Notes under the pieces: generated by a model
The model's input: only the letters and a program-made list of their open reading frames with translations
Database searches by the model: none
Told to the model about the DNA's origin: nothing
Made by a program: the position numbers and the translations under genes
Shown here: piece after piece, positions 1 through 9,537 of the stretch
Layout: every line of letters begins with the position of its first letter
How positions within the stretch are numbered: the first letter of the stretch is position 1
Sequence record: SRR22947725_802
Strand: one strand, 5' to 3'
DNA: 41,334 nucleotides

Positions 1-318
1 CAAAGCTCTGAAAAATCTCAACATCAGAACAGAGCTAATTGCATGGCAGCGCTTAAATCAAGATTATACGAGTTAGAAATGCGTAAAAGAACAGAAGGTA
101 TCCAAGAAGCTCATGATAATAAAGGTGATGCAGGTTGGGGTAACCAAATTAGATCTTATGTTTTGCATCCTTACCAAATGGTAAAAGACTTAAGAACAAA
201 TGTTGAGACATCAGATAGTCAGGGTGTATTAAACGGAGATCTTGATATGTTTATGGCAGCCACACTGGCACTAGATGTGGCTGGCAAAACACGCGCTGAA
301 GCTCAATTAGATAATTGA
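1..318 (+). CDS. prfB: Peptide chain release factor 2, C-terminal part (5' truncated by window)
   Basis: Frame is open from base 1 ([22 protein letters not shown]). Contains the RF2 C-terminal motifs [21 protein letters not shown] and VLNGDLDMF. Confidence 0.96.
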   Translation, partial: QSSEKSQHQNRANCMAALKSRLYELEMRKRTEGIQEAHDNKGDAGWGNQIRSYVLHPYQMVKDLRTNVETSDSQGVLNGDLDMFMAATLALDVAGKTRAEAQLDN

Positions 319-381
319 CTTATTCATAAATGTATTATCGATTAATAAAAAAATAATACTAATTTTAAATCTTTTAGCTAT

Positions 382-873
382 TTATTCTGGGGATTTGATT
401 GGAGCTTTGACCTTCGCAGAAGTAGAATTTAGAGGGTCATCCTGTCTGGTGACCGATCCTTCAAAATGCGCACCACTTTCTATTGCGATTGTTTTATGAA
501 TAATATCACCTTCTACTCTGGCAGTAGCTGTTAAACGTACTTTAAGTCCTCTAACTCTTCCAATTACTCTACCATGCACAACAATATCATCAGCCACTAT
601 TTCACCTTTGACTGTTGAACCTTCACCTACAGTAAGTAAGTGAGCGCGAATATCACCATCGACTGTACCAGATATTTGAATATCTCCAGAAGTTTTTACA
701 TTACCTTTTATGTGAATGTCTGTTGATAATGTTGAAGCAGGGGGTTTTGCCTTTAAAGATGTTGGATTGCCGCTCATAGGACTAGGAGGTGCCGTTGGTG
801 CACCTGTAGGTTTTGACGGAGTAGTGTTACCAATATTTGATGGTTTTTGTGGGTCTGGTTTCTTAGAAAACAT
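382..873 (-). CDS. Bactofilin (polymer-forming cytoskeletal protein)
   Basis: Beta-helix repeats (IKGNVKTSGDIQISGTVDGDI...VEGDIIHKTIAIESGAHFEG), N-terminal MFSK and a Pro-rich linker. Confidence 0.93.
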   Translation of the reverse strand: MFSKKPDPQKPSNIGNTTPSKPTGAPTAPPSPMSGNPTSLKAKPPASTLSTDIHIKGNVKTSGDIQISGTVDGDIRAHLLTVGEGSTVKGEIVADDIVVHGRVIGRVRGLKVRLTATARVEGDIIHKTIAIESGAHFEGSVTRQDDPLNSTSAKVKAPIKSPE

Positions 874-2200
874 TTTTTGTAGCCTTCATGTAATTTATTG
901 CGTTAATTGGCTTTCCGCCAAGTCTTATTTCATAATGTAGATGCACTCCAGTGCTTCTACCCGAGTTCCCCATAGATCCAATTTTTTCACCCTGTAATAC
1001 TTTTTGGCCCTTTTTCACGTTAATTTTGTGCAAATGAGCGTAGTAAGTGATAAAACCTTGACTATGTCGAATTTTAATCAAGCGGCCATAACCGCCATTG
1101 TTACCTGCGAATATAACAACACCATCTCCAGTGGCAACTATTTTCGTACCTAATGGGGCAGCTAAATCAGTACCGTTATGCATCCTGCGTTTGCCATTTA
1201 CTGGATCCTTACGGTATCCAAATCCACTTGTGTATCTGTGTGATCCTGCAACAGGATGACCTAATGGAACTTTAGAAATTGCTAACTTTAATAAACTTAC
1301 TTCATCCAGATCTCTAAGTACCTTTGACGCACGTTCTGACATGTGATCGTGTAATACGCTTTCTGAGGAAGTTTCTATTGGCGTAATGGCACCCCCAGTT
1401 CCAGAATAACCTCTTCTTACCTCATTGACTAAAGATTTTGTATTTATACCTTTTTTATTCAGTACTTTAGAAAGAGGAGCTAATGCTATATCAACAGCTT
1501 CTTCTAATCTGTTAAATATTTGGTTGCCTCGCTCTTGAAGTAGAGCAGTATCTAACTCAAGCGTTTCCACTTGAGTTTCCATTGTTCTTGTCTCTTTGTA
1601 AAGTTTATCTCGTTCAGAAGACGTTCTTACTAGGGCGTTTGATAAAAACGCAAGTGTATCTTTGTTATCTGTAGATTTTCCAAATTCTGAATTAATTTCA
1701 TTTGAAACTGTTCTGAATTTATTTTGTAAATTATTTGCTATCTCAATTGCATTATCACGAGACTTTATTGCATCCTGTAGCTTACGCTGCATTATGTTTA
1801 AACCTTTGCCAAGTTCGCGCCGTTGTTCTTCTAATTCTAAAAGCTCAGATTGCTGGATAGAAACCTGCTCAAGTGCAATGTAAAAACGTTCTAATGATGT
1901 TTGTGCTTCTAATGATCGTTTATTTCGCTCATTGGATAACTGTTCAAGGCGGCTTTCATATGCTTGTTGCAATACGCCAGCTTGTTCCTTGTCTGTTTTT
2001 GCTGAAATTGCTTGAACTGCAAGCATTACTGTTGCTATCACCATCCAACAAAATAACAATGCAAATGTAGTTCCTGCAAAAGTTTGAATAATTGGGGTTA
2101 ATCGAACATACCTTGCGGTTTTATCTGATCGCAAATATATTCTTTGCTCAGGAATCCTATTGCTTAAAAAACTATTTATAGTTGCAAAATTTATTGGCAT
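863..2200 (-). CDS. Membrane-anchored coiled-coil M23 family metallopeptidase (LmdC-like)
   Basis: N-terminal TM segment, long coiled coil, C-terminal M23 domain with HNGTD (HxxxD), YAHL and STGVHLHYE (HxH). Overlaps the bactofilin gene by 11 bp. Confidence 0.92.
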   Translation of the reverse strand: MPINFATINSFLSNRIPEQRIYLRSDKTARYVRLTPIIQTFAGTTFALLFCWMVIATVMLAVQAISAKTDKEQAGVLQQAYESRLEQLSNERNKRSLEAQTSLERFYIALEQVSIQQSELLELEEQRRELGKGLNIMQRKLQDAIKSRDNAIEIANNLQNKFRTVSNEINSEFGKSTDNKDTLAFLSNALVRTSSERDKLYKETRTMETQVETLELDTALLQERGNQIFNRLEEAVDIALAPLSKVLNKKGINTKSLVNEVRRGYSGTGGAITPIETSSESVLHDHMSERASKVLRDLDEVSLLKLAISKVPLGHPVAGSHRYTSGFGYRKDPVNGKRRMHNGTDLAAPLGTKIVATGDGVVIFAGNNGGYGRLIKIRHSQGFITYYAHLHKINVKKGQKVLQGEKIGSMGNSGRSTGVHLHYEIRLGGKPINAINYMKATKNVF

Positions 2201-2337
2201 TCAATGTTTCTTCCAATTATGAAATAATTATATGTTATTCATTAAGATTAATTATGCTGTTACTCAATGAATTTTACCAAATGATTTGTTTTAGTTTTTT
2301 AAAAGCCTGAAAATAAGCAAATTATTGCCAATTTCAT

Positions 2338-3141
2338 TCAACTAATTGCAATTGGCCAATAAAAGTCTAATGGAATTCCAGCTTCGGCTCGCTTTTCATC
2401 ATTAAAAGGTGGTTTTAAACTACTTTTAAAATATTTACTTACCAATTCATGAAACACAATCTTGGGATCCTTATTATGTCTTCCACATAAAAAGTGAAAC
2501 CATTTAGATCCAAATGCAACATGACCTACTTCCTCAGCATATATTAACTCCAAAGTTTTTACAGTTTCATTATCATTTATTTTTTCAAAAAGTTTTATCA
2601 TACCTGGTGTTACGTCTAAACCTCTTGCTTCAAGGACCATTGGAACTATAGCAAGTCTTCCTAGAAAATCTTCTGATGTTTCTTCTGCAGAACTCCACAT
2701 TCCAGCATGAGCAGGCAAATCTCCATAGTATGACCCCATTGCTTCTAAGCGTTCGCACAATAAACTAAAATGTTTACTTTCTTCTTGAGCAGCCTTTACC
2801 CAATCGTCATAATAACCATTTGGCATTTCTACATCTGCAAACCTTGCTATTATATCCCAATGTAAATCAACTGCATTCAATTCAATATGTGCTATTGCAT
2901 GTAAGAGTGCTATCCGACCTTTTTCAGTGCCATACTTACGCTTAGGCATATTTCTTGGTGGTAACAATAAAGGATTTTTTGGACGGGAGGGTTGAGATGG
3001 AGGTTTTGTATTCCCTATTTCTAGTCTTTGATCAGACATATTCGACGCAAACCATTTGTCTGAATAGTCCTTTGATTTAAGTACTTTTAAGTGAGGATCG
3101 GATGTAGTTAAAATATCAACAGCCATTTGTGTAAGGGTCAT
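2338..3141 (-). CDS. Ferritin-like DUF455 family protein
   Basis: LLHAIAHIELNAVDL, EESKHF, LEARGLD and EEVGHV di-iron-type ExxH motifs. Confidence 0.88.
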   Translation of the reverse strand: MTLTQMAVDILTTSDPHLKVLKSKDYSDKWFASNMSDQRLEIGNTKPPSQPSRPKNPLLLPPRNMPKRKYGTEKGRIALLHAIAHIELNAVDLHWDIIARFADVEMPNGYYDDWVKAAQEESKHFSLLCERLEAMGSYYGDLPAHAGMWSSAEETSEDFLGRLAIVPMVLEARGLDVTPGMIKLFEKINDNETVKTLELIYAEEVGHVAFGSKWFHFLCGRHNKDPKIVFHELVSKYFKSSLKPPFNDEKRAEAGIPLDFYWPIAIS

Positions 3142-3146
3142 AATGA

Positions 3147-3608
3147 TTAAAGTTCCCTGACGGTTTCAAGCAACATTTCAGCATGACCGTTGACCTTAAC
3201 TTTTCGCCATTCTTTTATAATAATACCTGAAGTATTAATCAAAAAAGTTGATCGTTCTATACCCATAAATTTTTTTCCATACATGTTTTTTTCTACCCAT
3301 ATATCAAAGTATTCGCATAGAGTGTTATCTACATCCGAAAGCAACTTTAACTTAAGATTATATTTAGCAATAAATTTATCATGTGTTTGATTGCTATCTG
3401 TAGATACGCCAATAATTATTGTATTTAAGTTATCAAACTCTGATTTTAGACTTGTAAAATCTTTTGCTTCTTGAGTGCAGCTAGGTGTATTATCTTTTGG
3501 ATAAAAATATAAAATTATATTTTTCCCAATAAATTGTGAAAACGAAAATATAATTTCATTACCGTGCATTAGTTTTAAATTGCACACATTTTTACCAATA
3601 TTTGGCAT
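3147..3608 (-). CDS. bcp: BCP/PrxQ peroxiredoxin
   Basis: YFYPKDNTPSCTQEA peroxidatic motif, MYGKKFMGIERSTFLI; second Cys in LCEYF. Confidence 0.92.
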   Translation of the reverse strand: MPNIGKNVCNLKLMHGNEIIFSFSQFIGKNIILYFYPKDNTPSCTQEAKDFTSLKSEFDNLNTIIIGVSTDSNQTHDKFIAKYNLKLKLLSDVDNTLCEYFDIWVEKNMYGKKFMGIERSTFLINTSGIIIKEWRKVKVNGHAEMLLETVREL

Positions 3609-3703
3609 TAGTATTCCAATTCGCTAGTCTTCTAGAAAAGTAAAGTATAGTTAAAGGAATATAGGCTCAAGCTTAATATAAGAATTCATGTCGGGGAAAT
3701 GTA

Positions 3704-6700
3704 TTGGTTGATAAAGATCAAGAAATAAAAAAACCAAATAATCACACATTTAATTCTATTACAAAGTCTGTTCGTTGGATTTTGTATACACTATTGTTTG
3801 CTATTTTTATGATTCCAACATCATTTTTAACTTATATTTATGTGTATAGTGAATCCAAAGTAACAGAAATATCTATATTAAAAAGTTTTGTAGAAGAAAG
3901 TTTGGAACAACAATTAATAAAATATAACATTACAGTATCTTCAGCCGGAGTAACGAAGGGTAACAATTTTTTCTCACCAAAGTTTGTTTTTCATGATATA
4001 AAAATAAGTAATAAAAATGGAGAAAGATTATTTAATCTTCCAAAAGTTTATACAAATTTAGATATACTGTTCTCAAATGATAAAAGCATTGTATCTGTTG
4101 AAGATGCACAATTATTTTTAAGACGAAATCAGTCCGGTAAGTTTAGTGTTGCATCAAATGATCTGAGTAAAACTAATTTATTGGAAAAGATAGACTTATC
4201 AACCACCTCTTTTGATAAATCACCATTTATAGGTCGCATTAATCAACTCAAAGTTGAAAATATTTCAATTGCATATCAAGATGATAAAACACAGAACACC
4301 TATTTTTTTGAAAATGGTAATTTTAATATTATAAAAAATTTAAATGAGTTATCAGTATCAAGTGTATTTGAACTGATTAAAAATAATGATGAAAAAGCAG
4401 TATTTTATGCTTCTGGAAATCATACAATCCACGATGAAATTTTTAATGTAAAATTTAAAGTGGATAATGCAGATCCATTAATATTAGCCAATCAAATTCC
4501 TGCTCTCAATTGGCTACGTAACGTAGATACAAACGTCAATGCGTCCATTATTACTTCCTTTGATAGTGGTGTACAGATTCTAGATATGAATGGAATGATT
4601 GAATTAGAAGCAGGCAAGCTCAAAGCCACTCCTAAATATTCTTCAACGGAATTCTTAAATTTAAAAACATATTTTGCATATGACTTTAATTCAGATATTT
4701 TAGACTTCTCGAGCTTTGAATTTAAGTCCAAACAACTTTCTGCAACTGGATCTGCGAAAAATATTTTAATGAGGGATCCAGAAAACAACATTTCGGGTTC
4801 TAATACTGACCTTAAAATTACAGAAATAAAAGTTAACAGGCCAGATATATTCAATAAAGAAAATATTTTATTAAAATCAGGTCATGCGGAATTAATTATA
4901 ATTCTTGATCCTTTGAATATTACTATAAACAACAGCAAAGTTAAAAGTAATGAAACAAATTTAAGCATTATTGGTAAAATAATAGCAAAAAATAATTATT
5001 GGAAAAGTAATCTAAATTTAGAAATTGATACTCTTAATAAACAACAAATTGTTGATTTTTGGCCTATTAGTTATAATGCCATAGCTAGAAAATGGTTTTT
5101 AGAGAATATTAACTCTACCATAGTTTCAAGTATTAAAGGGAATGTAATAAGTTCAAATGGAAAAAGAGATTTAGATATTATATTCGATTTTAATGATACT
5201 AATATTAACGCAATAAAAACAGTTGTTCCACTTATTGAAATTTCAGGTGAGGGAAGCTTGTCGGCTGAACAGATTACATTTAATTTAAAAAATGGTAAAT
5301 TTGAAACATCAAAAAAAGGTTTCACAGATCTAAGTGGAAGTATTTTTCATATCCCAAATACTAAAGAAAAACCCGCAAGGGGACAAATGAAATTAAATGC
5401 TCAGGGAAATTTAAAATCATTTTTTGAAATATTAGATTCTGAAAAATTTAAATATTTAGCAAAAGCTGGTTTTTCAACTGATGTGGCTAGCGGTAATGCG
5501 CAATTAGCTGGATGGATCGAATGGCCACTAATAAAAGGTGTTAGCCAAGATCAAGTGTTGTTCGAAATAGATGGCACTTTGTCCAACATTAAAAGTAATA
5601 AAATTATCAAGGGGCGACTTTTTGAGTCTGAAAACCTCAATTTAATAGCATCCCACAAATCAATATCTATTGATGGGAAAAGTAAAATTAATAACTTTCC
5701 ACTCAAATTTTTATGGAATCAAAATTTAAAAGATAATTCAGAAAAAATAAGCTTTGTTGCCGCCGAATTTAATATTGATGAAAATGGATTAGAAGCTTTT
5801 AATATTTCTTTGCCGGACGGAATGTTTAAAGGAATTTCAAAGGCTGATTTAAAATTAACCCTAAAACCAAAATATCCAACTGAATTTATAGTTAAAAGCA
5901 ACCTTAAGGGATCTGAAATTAATATAAATTCACTGGGATGGAGTAATAAAAATATAAAAAATGGTGATTTAATTATTCGAGGTAGCCTATCTAAACCTGT
6001 TGATGTTGATGAAATAAAAATTTCAGCAGATGATTTAAGTGCTAGTGGGAAAATTAATTTTGAAAATGATGGCCAATTTAAATCAGCAGTCTTTCCCGTT
6101 TTAGAGGTTTCTGATTGGTTTTCGACATCTTTAACTTTGAGTAAAACTGATAATGTAAATTTAATGGAGCTTGAAGGTGGTAAAGTTGATTTTAGAAGCC
6201 TTGTTTTTGGTAAAAGTGAAAAAACAGAGGTCGGATTTTTAAAGGTTTCATTAGACAGTTTAAGAATTTCTGATGGAATAGAATTTACAAACTTTATTGC
6301 TGACATAGATTTTAGCAAAAAAGAATTAGGTAGTTTCAAAGCTCAGGTAAATGGTGGTGCTGATATTTATGGTAAACTATCAAAGGGTGAATTTGGAACT
6401 ATTATCACTCTAGATTCTGCTAATGCAGGGCACGTGTTAAGGTCATCTGGAATATTAAAGAATATCAGAGGAGGGGTGTTAAATTTAGTGTTAACACCCA
6501 ATGAAAAAAAAGGATATTACACAGGCCGATTTACTATTAATAAATTTCGAATGCTTCACTCTAATCCCTTAGCCTTGCTATTAGATAGTTTGAGTTTGGT
6601 TGGATTAGTAGACAAATTAGAAAATGAGGGCATCCAATTCAATCAAGCCAAAGGCTGGTTAAATATTACTCCAGAAGGAATTCAATTAAGTGATGTAAGT

Positions 6701-6988
6701 CTGGTTGGATTGTCTATGGGAATGAGTATAACTGGTTGGTACGATAAAAAGAAAAAAGCAATTAATTTTGATGGTGTTGTTACTCCTGTTTATGCAATAA
6801 ATGGTGTATTTGAGCGATTGGCTGGCAAACTTTTTGGTGAGCAAAAAGGTGAAGGCTTATTCAGCTTTGTATATACAATGAAGGGTCCAACTTCCGCTCC
6901 AATTGTTGAAGTCAAACCACTTTCAATTTTAACACCTGGTGGGTTCCGCAAAATATTCAGATCAGATATTCCGGCGCCTGAGAAGTAA
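3704..6988 (+). CDS. YhdP/AsmA-like large envelope protein (DUF3971/AsmA_2 type)
   Basis: 1094 aa, N-terminal TM anchor, beta-rich body, C-terminal GEGLFSFVYTMKG...PLSILTPGGFRKIF. TTG start preceded by GGGGA. Confidence 0.82.
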   Translation: MVDKDQEIKKPNNHTFNSITKSVRWILYTLLFAIFMIPTSFLTYIYVYSESKVTEISILKSFVEESLEQQLIKYNITVSSAGVTKGNNFFSPKFVFHDIKISNKNGERLFNLPKVYTNLDILFSNDKSIVSVEDAQLFLRRNQSGKFSVASNDLSKTNLLEKIDLSTTSFDKSPFIGRINQLKVENISIAYQDDKTQNTYFFENGNFNIIKNLNELSVSSVFELIKNNDEKAVFYASGNHTIHDEIFNVKFKVDNADPLILANQIPALNWLRNVDTNVNASIITSFDSGVQILDMNGMIELEAGKLKATPKYSSTEFLNLKTYFAYDFNSDILDFSSFEFKSKQLSATGSAKNILMRDPENNISGSNTDLKITEIKVNRPDIFNKENILLKSGHAELIIILDPLNITINNSKVKSNETNLSIIGKIIAKNNYWKSNLNLEIDTLNKQQIVDFWPISYNAIARKWFLENINSTIVSSIKGNVISSNGKRDLDIIFDFNDTNINAIKTVVPLIEISGEGSLSAEQITFNLKNGKFETSKKGFTDLSGSIFHIPNTKEKPARGQMKLNAQGNLKSFFEILDSEKFKYLAKAGFSTDVASGNAQLAGWIEWPLIKGVSQDQVLFEIDGTLSNIKSNKIIKGRLFESENLNLIASHKSISIDGKSKINNFPLKFLWNQNLKDNSEKISFVAAEFNIDENGLEAFNISLPDGMFKGISKADLKLTLKPKYPTEFIVKSNLKGSEININSLGWSNKNIKNGDLIIRGSLSKPVDVDEIKISADDLSASGKINFENDGQFKSAVFPVLEVSDWFSTSLTLSKTDNVNLMELEGGKVDFRSLVFGKSEKTEVGFLKVSLDSLRISDGIEFTNFIADIDFSKKELGSFKAQVNGGADIYGKLSKGEFGTIITLDSANAGHVLRSSGILKNIRGGVLNLVLTPNEKKGYYTGRFTINKFRMLHSNPLALLLDSLSLVGLVDKLENEGIQFNQAKGWLNITPEGIQLSDVSLVGLSMGMSITGWYDKKKKAINFDGVVTPVYAINGVFERLAGKLFGEQKGEGLFSFVYTMKGPTSAPIVEVKPLSILTPGGFRKIFRSDIPAPEK

Positions 6989-6991
6989 CTC

Positions 6992-7019
6992 TTGCATATT
7001 GAAGGCAAACAATTAATTA
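6992..7019 (+). promoter_or_regulatory. Putative sigma70 promoter of queA (leaderless geometry)
   Basis: TTGCAT(6992-6997)-N16-TAATTA(7014-7019)-6 nt-ATG(7026); no SD visible. Confidence 0.4.
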
Positions 7020-7025
7020 CATCAT

Positions 7026-8072
7026 ATGAAATTATCTGATTTTGACTTTGAATTACCAAATGAATTGATAGCTTTGAGGCCTGTTCACCCTCGAAGTTCG
7101 TCAAAGCTATTAGTTTCAAAAGATGATAAAATCATTGATGATCAATTCTTAAATTTACTAAAATACCTAAAAAAAGGTGATCGCTTAGTGCTTAACGACA
7201 CTAAAGTAATTCCTGCAAAATTACATGGTAAAAGAATTAGGCATTCAGATAATGGAAGAACTACAGCAAATATTGGTATAAATTTACTTTCAACAAATAA
7301 TGATGGCCATTGGTTGGCATTGGCTAAGCCTGCCAAAAGAGTAAATGTTGGTGAAATCATAAATTTTGATAATGAATTGACTGCAAATGTCCTTGATAAA
7401 TCTTCTAATGGATTAGTCTTGCAGTTTAACTTGAGTGAAGAAATTTTTGACCAAAAATTAAAGGAAATAGGAACAATGCCGCTTCCTCCTTATATAGCGT
7501 CACAAAGATTACCTGATAAGTTGGATGATAATGATTATCAGACAGTATTTGCAGAAAAATTTGGTTCAGTTGCTGCACCAACGGCATCATTGCATTTTGA
7601 TGACGTTTTATTAAAACAACTAAATGACTTTGGAATAAAAACTTCCAAGGTTACCTTACATGTTGGTGCAGGTACTTTTTTGCCAGTTAAGGTAGATAAT
7701 ATTGCTGATCACAAAATGCATTCAGAATGGGGCGAGGTTAACAATATAGCTGCATCTGAAATTGCTAAAACAAAATCTGAAGGTGGTCGAATTATACCAG
7801 TTGGTACAACCGCATTAAGGCTTATAGAGACTGCTGCTAAATCTGGGAAAATTAATTCTTGGACTGGTGATACAGATATATTTATTACTCCAGGTTTTAA
7901 ATTCAAAATAGCAGACGGTTTGATAACAAATTTTCACTTACCAAAATCAACATTATTGATGTTAGTCAGTGCTTTAATCGGTACGGAAAAGTTAAAAAAC
8001 GTGTACCTTCATGCTATAAATAATAAATATAGATTTTTTTCTTATGGCGATGCATCTTTATTGCTTCCATAA
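7026..8072 (+). CDS. queA: S-adenosylmethionine:tRNA ribosyltransferase-isomerase
   Basis: DFDFELP, NDTKVIPA, PLPPYI, AAPTASLHF, TNFHLPKSTL, YRFFSYGDA. Confidence 0.98.
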   Translation: MKLSDFDFELPNELIALRPVHPRSSSKLLVSKDDKIIDDQFLNLLKYLKKGDRLVLNDTKVIPAKLHGKRIRHSDNGRTTANIGINLLSTNNDGHWLALAKPAKRVNVGEIINFDNELTANVLDKSSNGLVLQFNLSEEIFDQKLKEIGTMPLPPYIASQRLPDKLDDNDYQTVFAEKFGSVAAPTASLHFDDVLLKQLNDFGIKTSKVTLHVGAGTFLPVKVDNIADHKMHSEWGEVNNIAASEIAKTKSEGGRIIPVGTTALRLIETAAKSGKINSWTGDTDIFITPGFKFKIADGLITNFHLPKSTLLMLVSALIGTEKLKNVYLHAINNKYRFFSYGDASLLLP

Positions 8073-8147
8073 AATATAAACGACTTTATAAGCGTCGCAA
8101 GTATACAAATCACAAAGCGTGATTCTGTTAATCTCTACAAAATATCT

Positions 8148-9419
8148 ATGGATAATCTTATGCTTTTTGTTGTCAAAAATTCGTGGGCTCTATTGTTTGG
8201 CATGTTTTTGTTGATGCTTGGAAATGGGCTTCAAGGAACTCTCTTAGGAGTTAGAGGATCAATTGAAGGAATGTCCCCACAAACAATGTCATGGGTAATG
8301 ACGGGTTATTTTGTTGGTTTCTTATTTGGATCACAGCTTGCTCCAAATATGATTAGAAGAGTAGGGCATGTTCGTGTTTTTGCTGCCCTTGGATCATTAG
8401 TGTCAGCTTGTTTAATATTATATGCAGCTTGGACTAATCCATATTTTTGGTTTTTGTTAAGAGTAATTGTTGGTTTTTGTTTTTCTGGTATTTACGTTGT
8501 AGCGGAAAGTTGGCTGAATGACTCATCTTCTAACGAAACACGTGGGCAAACATTATCTGCCTATTTAATAGTTCAGATGATGGGTATAGTTTTAGCGCAA
8601 GCTGTCTTAAACATTGCAGATCCATCAGGATATGTATTATTCATCATCATTTCTGTTGTAGTATCACTCTCATTCGCACCAATTTTACTATCTGTAAGTC
8701 CAGCACCCCAATTCCAAACATCTAAAAGAATGACCCTCTCACAACTTTGGAGTATTTCTCCTTTAGGTGTTGTGGGGCAATTTTTTCTCGGTGCAATCTT
8801 TGCCGCTTTATTCGGTATGGCTTCAGTCTATGGAACAGAAAGAGGTTTGTCAGTGAAAGATATATCATTGTTTGTAGCTTCAATATATTTTGGTGGCATG
8901 ATCTTACAATACCCAATTGGTTGGATATCTGACAGGATGGATCGACGTGTTTTGATATTTATAGTTTGTACAATTGGAACTATTTTTAGCTTTGGTGCTA
9001 ATCTGTTTGATAATTTTATATGGTTATTGATAGTTGCTTTTATAATTGGAGGAGTATCTAACCCATTGTATTCATTGTACATAGCATATACTAATGATTA
9101 CCTTGAACATGATGATATGGCATCGGCTTCTGGGGGGCTAATATTTTTAACTGGAGTTGGCGCAATATTTGGGCCGAGTATTGTTGGTTGGTTGTTAGAT
9201 GTTTTTGGAGCAGAAAGTTATTTTTGGTTTATAGGTACTATAATGGCAATTATGGCTAGTTATGCTCTATATCGTATGACACAAACTTCTAGTACAGCTG
9301 TACAGGATACCAGCGCATATGCTCCAGTTACACCAGCTTCCACACCAATTGCTATAGAATTTGCCCAAGAGTATGCTATTGAGATGGCCTTGGAAGAAGA
9401 AGAAACCAATAATGTATAG
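8148..9419 (+). CDS. MFS transporter (YcaD-like)
   Basis: About 12 hydrophobic segments; GNGLQGTLL, VAESWLN, PIGWISDRMDRR (MFS motif A-like). Start could be ATG 8160. Confidence 0.88.
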   Translation: MDNLMLFVVKNSWALLFGMFLLMLGNGLQGTLLGVRGSIEGMSPQTMSWVMTGYFVGFLFGSQLAPNMIRRVGHVRVFAALGSLVSACLILYAAWTNPYFWFLLRVIVGFCFSGIYVVAESWLNDSSSNETRGQTLSAYLIVQMMGIVLAQAVLNIADPSGYVLFIIISVVVSLSFAPILLSVSPAPQFQTSKRMTLSQLWSISPLGVVGQFFLGAIFAALFGMASVYGTERGLSVKDISLFVASIYFGGMILQYPIGWISDRMDRRVLIFIVCTIGTIFSFGANLFDNFIWLLIVAFIIGGVSNPLYSLYIAYTNDYLEHDDMASASGGLIFLTGVGAIFGPSIVGWLLDVFGAESYFWFIGTIMAIMASYALYRMTQTSSTAVQDTSAYAPVTPASTPIAIEFAQEYAIEMALEEEETNNV

Positions 9420-9537
9420 TATTTATTACATTCTATCATATTTATATGGTTGAAATCAAAAAATGCTAGGCTTGTATATCTTACTTCAATCATGCATTAT
9501 ATATATAGTTTAATATTAAACGATAATTGGAGTGATT

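Noticed and set aside
1-318. prfB programmed +1 frameshift site
   Set aside because: It would lie near the 5' end of the gene, outside this window.
5719-6339. 206-aa antisense ORF (also 4492-4854, 5071-5325, 6790-7119)
   Set aside because: Lies opposite the AsmA-like gene (the last also overlaps queA), has no recognisable motif, and shows the Ser/Leu/Ile/Phe bias typical of shadow ORFs.
8073-8147. Two small hairpins (CGAC/GTCG, AATCAC/GTGATT) and a repeated AAGCGT between queA and the MFS gene
   Set aside because: Stems are too short and lack a U-tract; cannot be supported as a terminator or operator.
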